This document shows positions 47,640 to 57,408 of a DNA stretch of 64,000 nucleotides, in pieces. Made by a program: the position numbers and the translations under genes. The notes beneath the pieces are model-generated. The model ran no database searches. It saw nothing but the letters and a program-made list of their open reading frames with translations, and was not told the DNA's origin. Each line of letters starts with the position of its first letter. Position 1 is the first letter of the stretch. The stretch is from Candidatus Geothermocultor quzhuomuensis (GTDB lineage: Bacteria; Actinomycetota; Aquicultoria; Geothermocultorales; Geothermocultoraceae), in assembly GCA_015711795.1 (NCBI GenBank), contig JACVJC010000007.1, positions 5,809 through 69,808 of the forward strand, written 5' to 3'.

Positions 47640-49892
47640 GTGATGAAAAAAGAAATTGATAAGAGTTTGCTTTTTCCTGGATTACCCGCTGAGGAATTTA
47701 ATTTTACCTTAAGACTTTTTCTAATTTTTCTCCTTTTCCCTTGGGATTTTTTATTTCCTATTTTAACTGGGGGCGGCATTTTTTTTGAGATGAGGGCTTT
47801 GATTTATCTCTTTATCTTTTCTCTCTTTATCTGGTTTATTTGGCAACCTGCCTTCAAATATCCATACCTTTCAGTAAATTTATTTATTTTTACTCTTTTC
47901 TTTTCTTCTCTTTTTTCTCTATCTCAAAAGGTTAATTTTCAAGCTTCTCTCGATGGGCTCCTTCTCATTCTTTCCTATTTTATCCTTTTTTTAATCATTG
48001 TTTCGAGTGTTAAAAACTATCAAGAAGTTTTTAAATTTACCTCAATTTTAATTTTTGGTGGTTTTTTACTCTCACTTTATGGGATTTACCAGTATCTTTG
48101 GGGTTTTAAGCAATTAAGGGAGCAAGTTGAAGAGATGCAGCTAGCTCTTCCCGTAGTAAGCAGGGTCTTTGCCATTTTTAGTAATCCTAATTCTTTAGCC
48201 TGTTTGCTTCTTCTGCTTTTACCGTTTTCATTTTTCTCCTTTTTTGAAGAAAAAAGCCGTATAAAGAAAACTTTTTTTGGAATTTCAACAGTTTTTATGT
48301 TAACTTGCTTTTTCTTCACTTATTCTCGGGTTGGTTTTTTTGCTTCTTTAATTTTATTTCTTATTCTTTTTACTGGGATTTTTACCAGTGGCCAAGGAGA
48401 AAAAATTAAATTTTTTTTAGGCTTCTTTGCTTTATCTTTTGTCTTAGGGCTTTTCCTTCACTTAGCTTTCCTCAAGCTCTCTTCTCAAGTTGGTGTTTAT
48501 GGTAAAGCAATCGTAACAGGGTTGGTTGGCAGTGCAGCTGGTCGATTAAACTTATGGCGAGGGACTTTTAAAATAATTAATTTTAATCCTCTATTGGGAA
48601 CGGGAATAAATACTTTTTCCTCAATTTATCCTTTTTATGAGTTTGGCTCATTTTACTCAAAGTATGCTCATAATACCTTTTTTCAAGTTTTTTCTGAAAC
48701 TGGCTTTTTAGGTTTTCTCTCCTTGGTTGGCTTATTTTTTTTAATTTTAAAACATCAATGGGGCTTGTTTTTTGAAAGGACTATGAAGAGAAAAAATTTT
48801 GGCTTAGCAACTTTTGCTACTACTTGTGCCTTTATTGTCCAAAATTTTTTTGATTACCATTGGTATGTTCCAGTGGTTACTTTAACTTTTTGGAGCTTGA
48901 TTGGGTTAAGTTTCTCCGAAGCAATAGTTGGAAAGGACAGAGTAGTAGAAAGGAGGGTTAAAAGCAAAGTTATTCCCACACTTTTCTTTGCTTTTTTGAT
49001 TCTTGTCGCTCTTTCTTTAATGATTGGTTATTTCTATGGGGAAATAGGCAAGGATTTTTTAACCAAAGGAGAAGTTGAAGGAATTACTTATTTGGAAAAA
49101 GCGGTTATTTTTGCTCCTTTTTCCGCTCGCAATCATTCAAGATTATCAGAGGGATATCGGCTCAAAGCCACTTTAGAGCCAAATTCAATACAAAAAAAGA
49201 AATTGTATAAAAAAGCTTTAGTTGAAGCAAAGAAAGCGGTATTTTGGGAACCCTATTGGTCAGAATTTCACGCCAAGTTAGCCTCTCTTTATGGGGAATT
49301 AAAGGAGGAGGAAAAAGCAACATTTCATTTTAAAAGGGCAATTAATTTCTATCCTTCTAATCCCCTTTACCCCTTTTTGCTTGGGGATTTCTTTTTAAAG
49401 GAAAAAAAGTTTTTTGAAGCAGCTAAATTTTTTCAAAAAACATTAAAATATTTAAAATATTATCAACCAGCTCTTACCGATGGTAAAATAACTAGAAAGT
49501 TTGTAAAAGAAAATAATGACCCATTGACCGTAATTGAGAAAGGCTATTTGGGTCTGGGCGAAGCATACTTTCGTCAAGGAGATTTAGAGAAATCTTTAGA
49601 AGTTTATAATAAGTTAATATTGTTGAGTTCGAAAAACCCTTGGGCTTATGCTAAAAGAGGATTATTGTTTAGAGAAAAGAAAATGTATAAAGAAGCAATT
49701 TTTGATTTTAAAAAGGCTATTAAAATTGAAGGAAGGAATGCTAATTTTCATTTTTGGCTAGCTAAAACTTATCATGATAACTCAAAGATAAAGCTAGCCA
49801 AAGTGGAATTGAGAAAAACTCTTGCTTTAAATCCAAGACATGAGCAAGCAAAAAAACTTCTTTTAAAGCTTGAAAAGGGGGAAAAGAAATGA
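47640..49892 (+). CDS. O-antigen-ligase-family (Wzy_C) polytopic membrane protein with a C-terminal TPR-repeat domain
   Basis: About 10 transmembrane helices with a Wzy_C-like loop (YSRVGF...) and at least three TPR repeats at the C-terminus (GLGEAYFRQGDLEKSLEVY...). Confidence 0.65.
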   Translation: MMKKEIDKSLLFPGLPAEEFNFTLRLFLIFLLFPWDFLFPILTGGGIFFEMRALIYLFIFSLFIWFIWQPAFKYPYLSVNLFIFTLFFSSLFSLSQKVNFQASLDGLLLILSYFILFLIIVSSVKNYQEVFKFTSILIFGGFLLSLYGIYQYLWGFKQLREQVEEMQLALPVVSRVFAIFSNPNSLACLLLLLLPFSFFSFFEEKSRIKKTFFGISTVFMLTCFFFTYSRVGFFASLILFLILFTGIFTSGQGEKIKFFLGFFALSFVLGLFLHLAFLKLSSQVGVYGKAIVTGLVGSAAGRLNLWRGTFKIINFNPLLGTGINTFSSIYPFYEFGSFYSKYAHNTFFQVFSETGFLGFLSLVGLFFLILKHQWGLFFERTMKRKNFGLATFATTCAFIVQNFFDYHWYVPVVTLTFWSLIGLSFSEAIVGKDRVVERRVKSKVIPTLFFAFLILVALSLMIGYFYGEIGKDFLTKGEVEGITYLEKAVIFAPFSARNHSRLSEGYRLKATLEPNSIQKKKLYKKALVEAKKAVFWEPYWSEFHAKLASLYGELKEEEKATFHFKRAINFYPSNPLYPFLLGDFFLKEKKFFEAAKFFQKTLKYLKYYQPALTDGKITRKFVKENNDPLTVIEKGYLGLGEAYFRQGDLEKSLEVYNKLILLSSKNPWAYAKRGLLFREKKMYKEAIFDFKKAIKIEGRNANFHFWLAKTYHDNSKIKLAKVELRKTLALNPRHEQAKKLLLKLEKGEKK

Positions 49893-50320
49893 AAGTTTTA
49901 GTTATTCATGGTCCGAACTTAAATTTAACAGGTCTTCGGGAAAAAGAAATTTATGGACAAATGAAGTTAGAAGAGATTAATTCACTCCTTTTAGATAAAG
50001 GAAAAAAGTTAGGCATGGAATTAGATATTTATCAATCTAATCACGAAGGTGAGATAATTGACCGAATTCATCAAGCAATGGAAGTTGATTGCATTATCAT
50101 TAATCCAGGGGCTTTTACTCATTATAGTTTTGCAATTAGAGATGCATTAGCTGCTTGTCAAGTTCCTGTAATTGAAGTCCATCTTTCCAATATTTACGCT
50201 CGAGAAAAATTTCGGCATCACTCAGTCATTTCTCCAATCGCCAAAGGGCAGATCTCTGGCTTTGGTTATCTTAGTTACTTATTAGCTCTTGAAGCAGCGG
50301 TTGAATTAGTTAAAAAGTGA
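49889..50320 (+). CDS. aroQ: 3-dehydroquinate dehydratase, type II
   Basis: GPNLNLTG...NHEGE...INPGAFTHYS motifs. Confidence 0.88.
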   Translation: MKVLVIHGPNLNLTGLREKEIYGQMKLEEINSLLLDKGKKLGMELDIYQSNHEGEIIDRIHQAMEVDCIIINPGAFTHYSFAIRDALAACQVPVIEVHLSNIYAREKFRHHSVISPIAKGQISGFGYLSYLLALEAAVELVKK

Positions 50321-50324
50321 CCCT

Positions 50325-51395
50325 TTGGTAATGAAAAAAAGAATTGGACATCTTAAAAAGATAATTAAGGATAATGACTTAGATGGAGTAATTCTAACTA
50401 GTCTATCGAATATTCGTTATTTTACTTCTTTTAGTGGTGCATCCGGTCTTGCTTTTTTGGGGAGGAATTTTTCTTATTTGCTTGTTGATTTTCGGTATTT
50501 CGAACAAGCTAAAATTGAAGCTAGAAACTTTAAAGTAGAAATAGTAGGAAAAAATTTTTTTAATAAATTAGCTGAAATAGTAAAGTCTCACGAGTCGTTA
50601 AAGACTTTAGGTTTTGAAGAGGATAATTTGACCTTTTCTCTTTACCGTCAAGCGAAGGAAAAGCTTAAAGAGGTTAAATTGGTGCCTCTTCAGTTAAGTA
50701 ATGTGAGGATTATTAAGGAGGAAAAAGAGATTGAGAAAATTAAAAAAGCAGCAAAAATTGCTGATAATAGTTTTTCTGAGATAATTCCTTTCATAAAACC
50801 CGGGGTCCAAGAAAACGATATCGCACTAGAGCTTGAATATTTAATGCGAAGAAAGGGAGCAGAGAAAGCTTCTTTTGATATTATTGTTGCTTCGGGAAAT
50901 CGCTCAAGTATGCCTCATGCTAAAACATCAGTTAAGAAAATAAGAAAAGGTGAGCTAATTAAAATCGATTGGGGATGTGTTTATGAAGGTTATTGCTCTG
51001 ATTGTACTAGGACACTTGCTCTTGGAGAGATAGATGAGGAAAAGAAAAAAATTTATTATTTAGTGAAAGAAGCACAAAAAATGGCTTTAGAAATTCTTTC
51101 AGTGGGGAGAAGAGTGCGAGAGATTGATCAGAAAGTAAGAAAACATTTTTCTCGATTTGGGGTGGAGAAAAGATTTGGGCATAATTTAGGACATGGGGTT
51201 GGCTTAGAGGTTCACGAGGCTCCAACTATCAATTCAAAGAGTAAGGAAGTTCTTAAATCAAGAATGGTTTTTACTATCGAGCCCGGTCTCTATTTTGAAG
51301 GAATTGGTGGTGTAAGGATTGAGGATATGGTGGTGTTACGTGAGAACGGTCCAGAAATTTTAACCAGCTTTTCAAAAGAGTTAATTGAACTCTAA
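50325..51395 (+). CDS. pepP: Xaa-Pro aminopeptidase / M24 family peptidase
   Basis: Creatinase-like N-domain plus the M24 pita-bread domain with HNLGHGVGLEVHE and EPG metal ligands. Confidence 0.8.
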   Translation: MVMKKRIGHLKKIIKDNDLDGVILTSLSNIRYFTSFSGASGLAFLGRNFSYLLVDFRYFEQAKIEARNFKVEIVGKNFFNKLAEIVKSHESLKTLGFEEDNLTFSLYRQAKEKLKEVKLVPLQLSNVRIIKEEKEIEKIKKAAKIADNSFSEIIPFIKPGVQENDIALELEYLMRRKGAEKASFDIIVASGNRSSMPHAKTSVKKIRKGELIKIDWGCVYEGYCSDCTRTLALGEIDEEKKKIYYLVKEAQKMALEILSVGRRVREIDQKVRKHFSRFGVEKRFGHNLGHGVGLEVHEAPTINSKSKEVLKSRMVFTIEPGLYFEGIGGVRIEDMVVLRENGPEILTSFSKELIEL

Positions 51396-51481
51396 CAATA
51401 AGAAGAGTGATGGGTGGATAGTGGTCAGTAGTTAGTGAAAATCAGCTAACAAATTAACTAATAACTGATTTAAAAGGGGGA

Positions 51482-52042
51482 ATGATGATTTCAACAAGTC
51501 AATTTAAAATAGGGATGGCGATTAAGGTTGAGGGAACTATCTATATAATTTTGGATTTTCAGCATGTAAAGCCAGGGAAGGGTCAAGCTTTTGTGAGGAC
51601 AAGATTAAAAAATTTAAAAACTGGTGGAGTCATTGACCGAAATTTTCGAGCTGGTGAGGAAATTGAACAAGCCATATTGGACTTGAGAGAAATGGAATTC
51701 CTCTATTCAGAAGATGACAATTACTACTTTATGGATACTCAAACTTTTGAACAAATAGTTTTGGATAAAGAGAAGGTTGGTGAAGTTAAGAAGTTTCTTA
51801 AGGAAAATTTAGTTGTTGGAATTACTATTCATGAAGGTAAACCCGTTTCAGTTGAACCACCTATTTTCGTTGAATTAAAAGTTGTTCAAACTGAACCTGG
51901 CGTAAGGGGTGATACAGCTTCAGGAGGAGGAAAGCCTGCAACTTTGGAGACTGGTTTGGTTATTCAAGTTCCCCTCTTTGTTAAAGTTGGGGATATAGTT
52001 AAAGTAGATACGAGAACTTGTGAGTATGTGACCAGGGTTTAA
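51482..52042 (+). CDS. efp: Elongation factor P
   Basis: [16 protein letters not shown] motif with the modified-Lys loop, 186 aa. Confidence 0.9.
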   Translation: MMISTSQFKIGMAIKVEGTIYIILDFQHVKPGKGQAFVRTRLKNLKTGGVIDRNFRAGEEIEQAILDLREMEFLYSEDDNYYFMDTQTFEQIVLDKEKVGEVKKFLKENLVVGITIHEGKPVSVEPPIFVELKVVQTEPGVRGDTASGGGKPATLETGLVIQVPLFVKVGDIVKVDTRTCEYVTRV

Positions 52043-52243
52043 ACAGACTTGGTGAACAGGGAACAGTGAACAAATAGCAGCAAGAGCAGTGAGGGAAAAG
52101 AGCTCTTCTGAACTAAGGCAAAAAGTTGCTAACTGCTTATTTCTCACGAGGTTTGGATTGGGAGAGAGTTAAGTTTGTATTCTAAGTTATACCTCAGGGG
52201 CAAAATAGGGTATAATTTTTAATCAAACTTAAAGGAGGTTATT

Positions 52244-54127
52244 TTGGAAAGTAAGCCAATAAAGATTACTGATACTACTTTAAGAGATGCTCATCAATCG
52301 CTTTGGGCTACTCGAATGCGGACTGAACATATGGTCCCTATTTTAGAAAAGATTGACCAAGTTGGTTTTTTCTCCCTTGAGATGTGGGGCGGAGCAACTT
52401 TTGATGCTCCTTTAAGGTTTTTGGACGAGAACCCTTGGGACCGGATTAGGGTGGTTAAAAATCATGTCCGAAACACAAAACTTCAAATGCTCTTAAGAGG
52501 GCAAAATCTTGTTGGGTATCGGCACTATTCAGATGATATCGTGAGGAGGTTTGTGCGCCACGCTGCCGAGTCAGGGATTGATATCTTCCGAATTTTTGAT
52601 GCCTTAAATGATGTAAGAAATTTAATTGTTCCAATTGAAGCTGTTAAAGAAGCAGGAGCCCATGCTCAAGGTGCGGTTGTTTATACTATTAGCCCAGTTC
52701 ACACCCTTGAACACTATGTCGAAACAGCTCATAAGTTAGTTGAGATGGGGGTCGACTCAATTTGTGTTAAAGATATGGCTGGTCTTTTGACTCCTTATCG
52801 AACTTATCGATTAATTGAAAGATTGCGAAAAGAAATCAAACTTCCTATCCATCTTCACTGCCATTATATTGGAGGAATGGCACCAATGAACTACCTTAAA
52901 GGGATTGAAGCAGGGGTTGATATCATTGATACAGCTACTTTTCCTCTCGCATTTGGTAATTCTCAACCAGCAACTGAAATGATTGTTGCTGCTTTAAAGG
53001 ATACTCCAAGAGACCCTGGTTTTGACCTTGAGTTGCTTTATGAAATTGCTGAATATTTTGAAAAAGTTAGGGAAAAAGCCAAGTTTCATCGTGGTGTCAC
53101 TTCACTTGTTCATATGAAGATTTTTTCTCATCAGGTTCCTGGTGGGATGATTTCTAATCTTTACTCTCAGCTTGAGCAACAGAAATCTCTTGATAGATTG
53201 CCTGAAGTACTGGAAGAAATCCCCCGAGTTAGAGCAGAAGTAGGCTTTCCTCCTTTAGTGACTCCTCTCAGTCAGATTGTTGGAACTCAGGCAGTTTTGA
53301 ATGTTTTATCTGGGAAAAGGTGGGCAATTGTCCCTGGTGAGATGAAAGATTATCTCAAGGGGCTTTATGGAAAGCCGCCTGGACCAATTGAACCTGATAT
53401 TCTTAAAAAGGTTCTTAAAGATGAGGAACCAATTGAGTGTCGACCAGCTGAACTTTTAACGGAAACTTTTGAAGATTACAAGAAAGAAATTGGGAATCTA
53501 GCTCGATCAGAAGAGGACATTTTATCATATGCTTTATTTCCTAAAGAAACAAAAGCATTCCTTGAAAGGCATCAAGAAGGAGTGGAAAAAGCTGTTTTTA
53601 TGGTGAGTGGTGAAATTAGAGCGGTGAGGGAGGTAGATACAATGGACGTTTCTCAAATAAAAGAGCTAGTTAAAGTGGTTGAGGAGAGTAATATTGATGA
53701 AATAATTGTTGAAGAAGGGGATGCCAAGGTAATTATTCGGAAGGGGAAAAAAGAGGAAGAAGCCCTTTCTTTAGTTGGAGAGAAGGAAAAGATGGTTCTT
53801 GAAGAAGATAAGCCTAAAGAAACACTTCAAAAGATGTCTGATACAGAAGAATATCCCGACCATTGGAAAGCAATTATCTCACCAATGGTTGGAACTTTTT
53901 ATCGAGCACCTAATCCAGATGCTCCACCTTTTGTTAATGAGGGAGATATAGTTAAAGTTGGTCAAACAGTTTGCATACTTGAAGCTATGAAGCTTTTTAA
54001 TGAGATAAAAGCTGAAGAAGAAGGGGTAATAAGAAAGATTTGCGTTGAGAATGCTCAGCCAGTTGAGTATGGACAACCGCTTTTTCTTTATGAACCTTTA
54101 AACGATAAAAAAGTCCCTCAAGGGTGA
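52244..54127 (+). CDS. Pyruvate carboxylase subunit B / oxaloacetate-decarboxylase-alpha-type 5S carboxyltransferase with a C-terminal biotinyl (BCCP) domain
   Basis: [11 protein letters not shown] carboxyltransferase motif and a C-terminal EAMKLFNEI biotinylation motif. It has a TTG start after AAAGGAGG. Confidence 0.7.
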   Translation: MESKPIKITDTTLRDAHQSLWATRMRTEHMVPILEKIDQVGFFSLEMWGGATFDAPLRFLDENPWDRIRVVKNHVRNTKLQMLLRGQNLVGYRHYSDDIVRRFVRHAAESGIDIFRIFDALNDVRNLIVPIEAVKEAGAHAQGAVVYTISPVHTLEHYVETAHKLVEMGVDSICVKDMAGLLTPYRTYRLIERLRKEIKLPIHLHCHYIGGMAPMNYLKGIEAGVDIIDTATFPLAFGNSQPATEMIVAALKDTPRDPGFDLELLYEIAEYFEKVREKAKFHRGVTSLVHMKIFSHQVPGGMISNLYSQLEQQKSLDRLPEVLEEIPRVRAEVGFPPLVTPLSQIVGTQAVLNVLSGKRWAIVPGEMKDYLKGLYGKPPGPIEPDILKKVLKDEEPIECRPAELLTETFEDYKKEIGNLARSEEDILSYALFPKETKAFLERHQEGVEKAVFMVSGEIRAVREVDTMDVSQIKELVKVVEESNIDEIIVEEGDAKVIIRKGKKEEEALSLVGEKEKMVLEEDKPKETLQKMSDTEEYPDHWKAIISPMVGTFYRAPNPDAPPFVNEGDIVKVGQTVCILEAMKLFNEIKAEEEGVIRKICVENAQPVEYGQPLFLYEPLNDKKVPQG

Positions 54128-54136
54128 AAAAGGAGA

Positions 54137-55486
54137 ATGTTTAAAAAAGTTTTAATTGCAAACCGGGGGGAGGTGGCAGTTAGAGTAATAAGAGCTTGTC
54201 AGGAGTTAAATATTTCAACTGTTGCAGTTTATTCTGAAGCAGACAAAGATTCTCTCCATGTAAAATTAGCTGATGAAGCTATTTGCATCGGTCCACCCCC
54301 TGCGATTAAAAGTTACCTTAACATTCCTGCCTTGATTAGTGCAGCCCAGGTTTCTGGAGCTGATGCAATTCACCCTGGTTATGGTTTTTTAGCTGAAAAT
54401 TCTTCTTTTGCTGAGATTTGTAAATCTTCAGAAATTACTTTTATTGGTCCTTCTCCTCAAGTAATTGAGAAGATGGGTCATAAATCTTTAGCTAAAAAAA
54501 TTCTAAGTAAAGTAGGTTTACCAGTTATTCCTGGCACTAAGGAGCCGATAAAATCAGAAAAAGAGGCCTTAACCTTTGCTCAGGAAGTTGGATATCCTCT
54601 TATTGTTAAAGCGGCTGCTGGCGGTGGGGGCAGGGGGATGAGGATAATTCATAACGAAAAGGATTTATTAAGGTCACTCCAGGTTGCTCAGGCTGAAGCT
54701 CATTCTTCATTTGGTAACTCTGAGGTTTACCTTGAAAAATACTTGGAGGAACCACGCCATATAGAAGTGCAAATTTTAGGGGATAGCCATGGAAATATCG
54801 TTTATTTAGGTGAAAGGGATTGTTCTATCCAAAGAAGACACCAAAAGCTAATTGAGGAGTCACCTTGTTCCATTTTAAGCTCAGAACAAAGGGAATCTTT
54901 AGGTAAGATGGCGGTAAAAGCGGGAAAAACAATTGGTTATCAAAGTGCTGGGACAGTAGAATTTCTGATGGACAATAAGTTTAATTTTTATTTTATGGAA
55001 ATGAATACCAGAATCCAAGTTGAGCATCCGGTTACTGAAATGGTAACAGGGATTGATATTGTTAAGGAACAAATTTTAATTGCTGCTGGTGAGAAGATTA
55101 GTTTTACTCAAGAAGATGTTAAATCTAGAGGTCATTCTATCGAGTTTAGGATTAATGCTGAAGATATTAACAAAAGTTTTTTACCTACTTCAGGTCGGAT
55201 TTTGCGTTACATTCCTCCTGGAGGGATTGGGGTAAGAGTCGATAGCCATCTTTATACAGGTTTTTCAATTACTCCTTTTTACGATTCTCTTTTAGCAAAG
55301 TTGGTTGTTTGGGGAAGAAATCGAGAAGAAGCAATTATTCGGGGGAGAAGAGCTTTGAACGAATTTATTATTGAAGGGGTTCCCACTACTATTCCTTTTC
55401 ATTTAAAGGTGGTTGAAAATGCTTTTTTTCAACGAAATGAAATTTATACCAATTTTGTCTCCCGCCGTATTTTATGTGAGGACTAG
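54137..55486 (+). CDS. accC: Biotin carboxylase (pyruvate carboxylase subunit A / AccC-type)
   Basis: ATP-grasp fold, GGGGRGMR glycine loop, and an EMNTR catalytic region. Confidence 0.85.
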   Translation: MFKKVLIANRGEVAVRVIRACQELNISTVAVYSEADKDSLHVKLADEAICIGPPPAIKSYLNIPALISAAQVSGADAIHPGYGFLAENSSFAEICKSSEITFIGPSPQVIEKMGHKSLAKKILSKVGLPVIPGTKEPIKSEKEALTFAQEVGYPLIVKAAAGGGGRGMRIIHNEKDLLRSLQVAQAEAHSSFGNSEVYLEKYLEEPRHIEVQILGDSHGNIVYLGERDCSIQRRHQKLIEESPCSILSSEQRESLGKMAVKAGKTIGYQSAGTVEFLMDNKFNFYFMEMNTRIQVEHPVTEMVTGIDIVKEQILIAAGEKISFTQEDVKSRGHSIEFRINAEDINKSFLPTSGRILRYIPPGGIGVRVDSHLYTGFSITPFYDSLLAKLVVWGRNREEAIIRGRRALNEFIIEGVPTTIPFHLKVVENAFFQRNEIYTNFVSRRILCED

Positions 55487-55487
55487 G

Positions 55488-55814
55488 ATGGAAAAGGAGA
55501 TAAAGATTTCAACTGAGGTATTAGAGGCGATAGTAATTCAAATAATTTCTGAAATTAAAGGGGTTAGACTTTTAGGAGCGCTTAACGGAAATATTAGCTA
55601 TTTTTTTCAAAAGAAGATTCCTGAAAGAAGTGTGCAAATTTCGTTAAAGGATAAAGAGGTTTTAATAAAGGTTAATCTCTCAATTCAATATGGTGAGAAG
55701 ATTTTAGATAAAGCTCGGGAGGTTCAGGAAGCGGTTAAGAAAACTGTTGAGAGCACATCGGATATTAAAGTGAAAAGCATAGATGTAAATGTAAAGAAAA
55801 TTTACTTTGAGTAG
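55488..55814 (+). CDS. Asp23/Gls24-family alkaline-shock/envelope-stress protein
   Basis: MEKEIKISTEVLEAIVIQ..VKGV N-terminus typical of Asp23. ATG at 55488 lies inside the longer track ORF. Its position between accC and nusB matches Bacillus yqhY. Confidence 0.7.
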   Translation: MEKEIKISTEVLEAIVIQIISEIKGVRLLGALNGNISYFFQKKIPERSVQISLKDKEVLIKVNLSIQYGEKILDKAREVQEAVKKTVESTSDIKVKSIDVNVKKIYFE

Positions 55815-55816
55815 CA

Positions 55817-56245
55817 ATGTCAGAAAGGAGAAAAGCAAGAAAAACAGCTTTAGAAATCCTTTATCAAGTGGAAATTAATGAATCATCCCTTGATGAAGTG
55901 ATTAAGAATCGTCAATTTGCTCGAGAAGGTGAATCAATTAGTCAGTTTTGCTTAAGGTTAGTTAAAGGAGTCTTAGATAATAAGGAAAAAATTGATAAAG
56001 TTATTGAGAGATATGCCAAAAACTGGCGAATTGAGAGGATGCCTTTTATTGATAAAAACATTTTAAGAATTGCTCTTCAAGAAATGCTTTTTGAAAATGT
56101 CCCCCTTAGTGTTTCAATAAATGAAGCTGTTGAGTTGGCAAAGACTTATGGAACAATAGATTCAAAAAAATTTGTTAATGGTGTTTTAGGTAAAATTGCA
56201 AGAGACTTAGAATCAGTAAGAGGTTTTTTTGACCAAAAGAGCTAG
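55817..56245 (+). CDS. nusB: Transcription antitermination factor NusB
   Basis: ARKTALEILYQ N-terminus and an all-helical NusB fold. Confidence 0.85.
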   Translation: MSERRKARKTALEILYQVEINESSLDEVIKNRQFAREGESISQFCLRLVKGVLDNKEKIDKVIERYAKNWRIERMPFIDKNILRIALQEMLFENVPLSVSINEAVELAKTYGTIDSKKFVNGVLGKIARDLESVRGFFDQKS

Positions 56246-56271
56246 CTTTAAATTTTGTTTAAAAAATAGGA

Positions 56272-56310
56272 AGGCTGAACAGGTTGCTGGCTTAAATTAT
56301 GGTTCAGCCT
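56272..56310 (+). other. Perfect 10-bp-stem inverted repeat (AAGGCTGAAC...GTTCAGCCTT) with a 19-nt loop in the nusB-xseB spacer
   Basis: Read from the sequence. It sits where folD and xseA would be in the conserved Firmicutes gene order. It may be a terminator or attenuator, or a deletion scar. Confidence 0.35.
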
Positions 56311-56336
56311 TATACTATTAAAATGGTGATAAGAAA

Positions 56337-56537
56337 TTGAGTGAGAAGGATTATTCATTCGATCAAGCTTTATCTCGCTTAAAAGAAATTGCCAAAGAAA
56401 TAAAGAAAAAAGATATAGATTTAGATAAAGCGATAGAACTTTTAGAAGAAGGGATTATTCTCTTTAATATTTGTGGCGAAAAAGTTGACCAGACCAGATT
56501 TGAAGGTGATTTAATTGAAAAAAACACTTCAAGCTAA
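56337..56537 (+). CDS. xseB: Exodeoxyribonuclease VII small subunit
   Basis: SFDQALSRLKEIAKEI...LDKAIELLEEGIIL matches the XseB helical hairpin. It has a TTG start. Confidence 0.7.
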   Translation: MSEKDYSFDQALSRLKEIAKEIKKKDIDLDKAIELLEEGIILFNICGEKVDQTRFEGDLIEKNTSS

Positions 56538-57408
56538 AGGTTACCCTCAAGAATTAGTTTTACTGGTTGAAGAAGGTTTAAGAAGATATTTTCCATCTGA
56601 AAAAAAATATCCACCTCAAATTTATCGTGCAATGAATTATTCTCTTTTCTCAGGTGGAAAGAGGTTTAGACCTATTCTTAATATTCTTACAGCAAACTTA
56701 TTTGGCCAAAAAGCTGAATTTGTTTTACCAACTGCTTGTGCTCTTGAATATATTCATACTTATTCACTAATTCATGATGATTTACCCGCTATTGATAATG
56801 ACGATTTAAGAAGAGGTAAACCAACTTGCCATATTGTTTTTGGTGAGGATACGGCAATTTTGGCTGGTGATGCCCTTTTTGCTGAAGCATTTTTTTTAAT
56901 CGCAAGTAAACAGCAAGGAGAATCTGAGAGAGTGTTAAGGGTTATTAAAGAAATTGCTGAAGCAGCCGGTCCTCGCGGAATGGTTGGGGGGCAAATGGTT
57001 GATCTTCTTTTTTCTGGAAAAAAGGTTGATGAAAAAACTCTTACTTATATTCACGAGCACAAAACAGCGCGGTTTATAGAAGCTTCAGCGAAGAGCGGAG
57101 CTATTTTATCTCAAGCTAGTGAAAAGGAGATTGAAATTGTGGCTAAATTTGCTCGCAATTTGGGATTAGCTTTTCAGATTGTTGATGATATTCTCAATGT
57201 AGTGGGAAAAACTGAAAATTTAGGTAAACCGACTGGAAGTGATTTCAAAAGAAGTAAAGCTACTTTTCCATCGCACTTTGGGCTTGAAGAATCAAAAAGA
57301 GCAGCCCAAGACTATATTAAGAAAGCCAAACAATCACTTTTTTCTTTAAAATATAATACTCGTGATTTGGAAAATCTTGCTGATTTTGTTCTTGAAAGGG
57401 ATTTTTGA
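56515..57408 (+). CDS. ispA: (2E,6E)-farnesyl diphosphate synthase / polyprenyl synthetase
   Basis: First DDxxD motif (IHDDLPAIDNDDLRRG) and second motif (VDDILN). Confidence 0.8.
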   Translation: MKKTLQAKGYPQELVLLVEEGLRRYFPSEKKYPPQIYRAMNYSLFSGGKRFRPILNILTANLFGQKAEFVLPTACALEYIHTYSLIHDDLPAIDNDDLRRGKPTCHIVFGEDTAILAGDALFAEAFFLIASKQQGESERVLRVIKEIAEAAGPRGMVGGQMVDLLFSGKKVDEKTLTYIHEHKTARFIEASAKSGAILSQASEKEIEIVAKFARNLGLAFQIVDDILNVVGKTENLGKPTGSDFKRSKATFPSHFGLEESKRAAQDYIKKAKQSLFSLKYNTRDLENLADFVLERDF

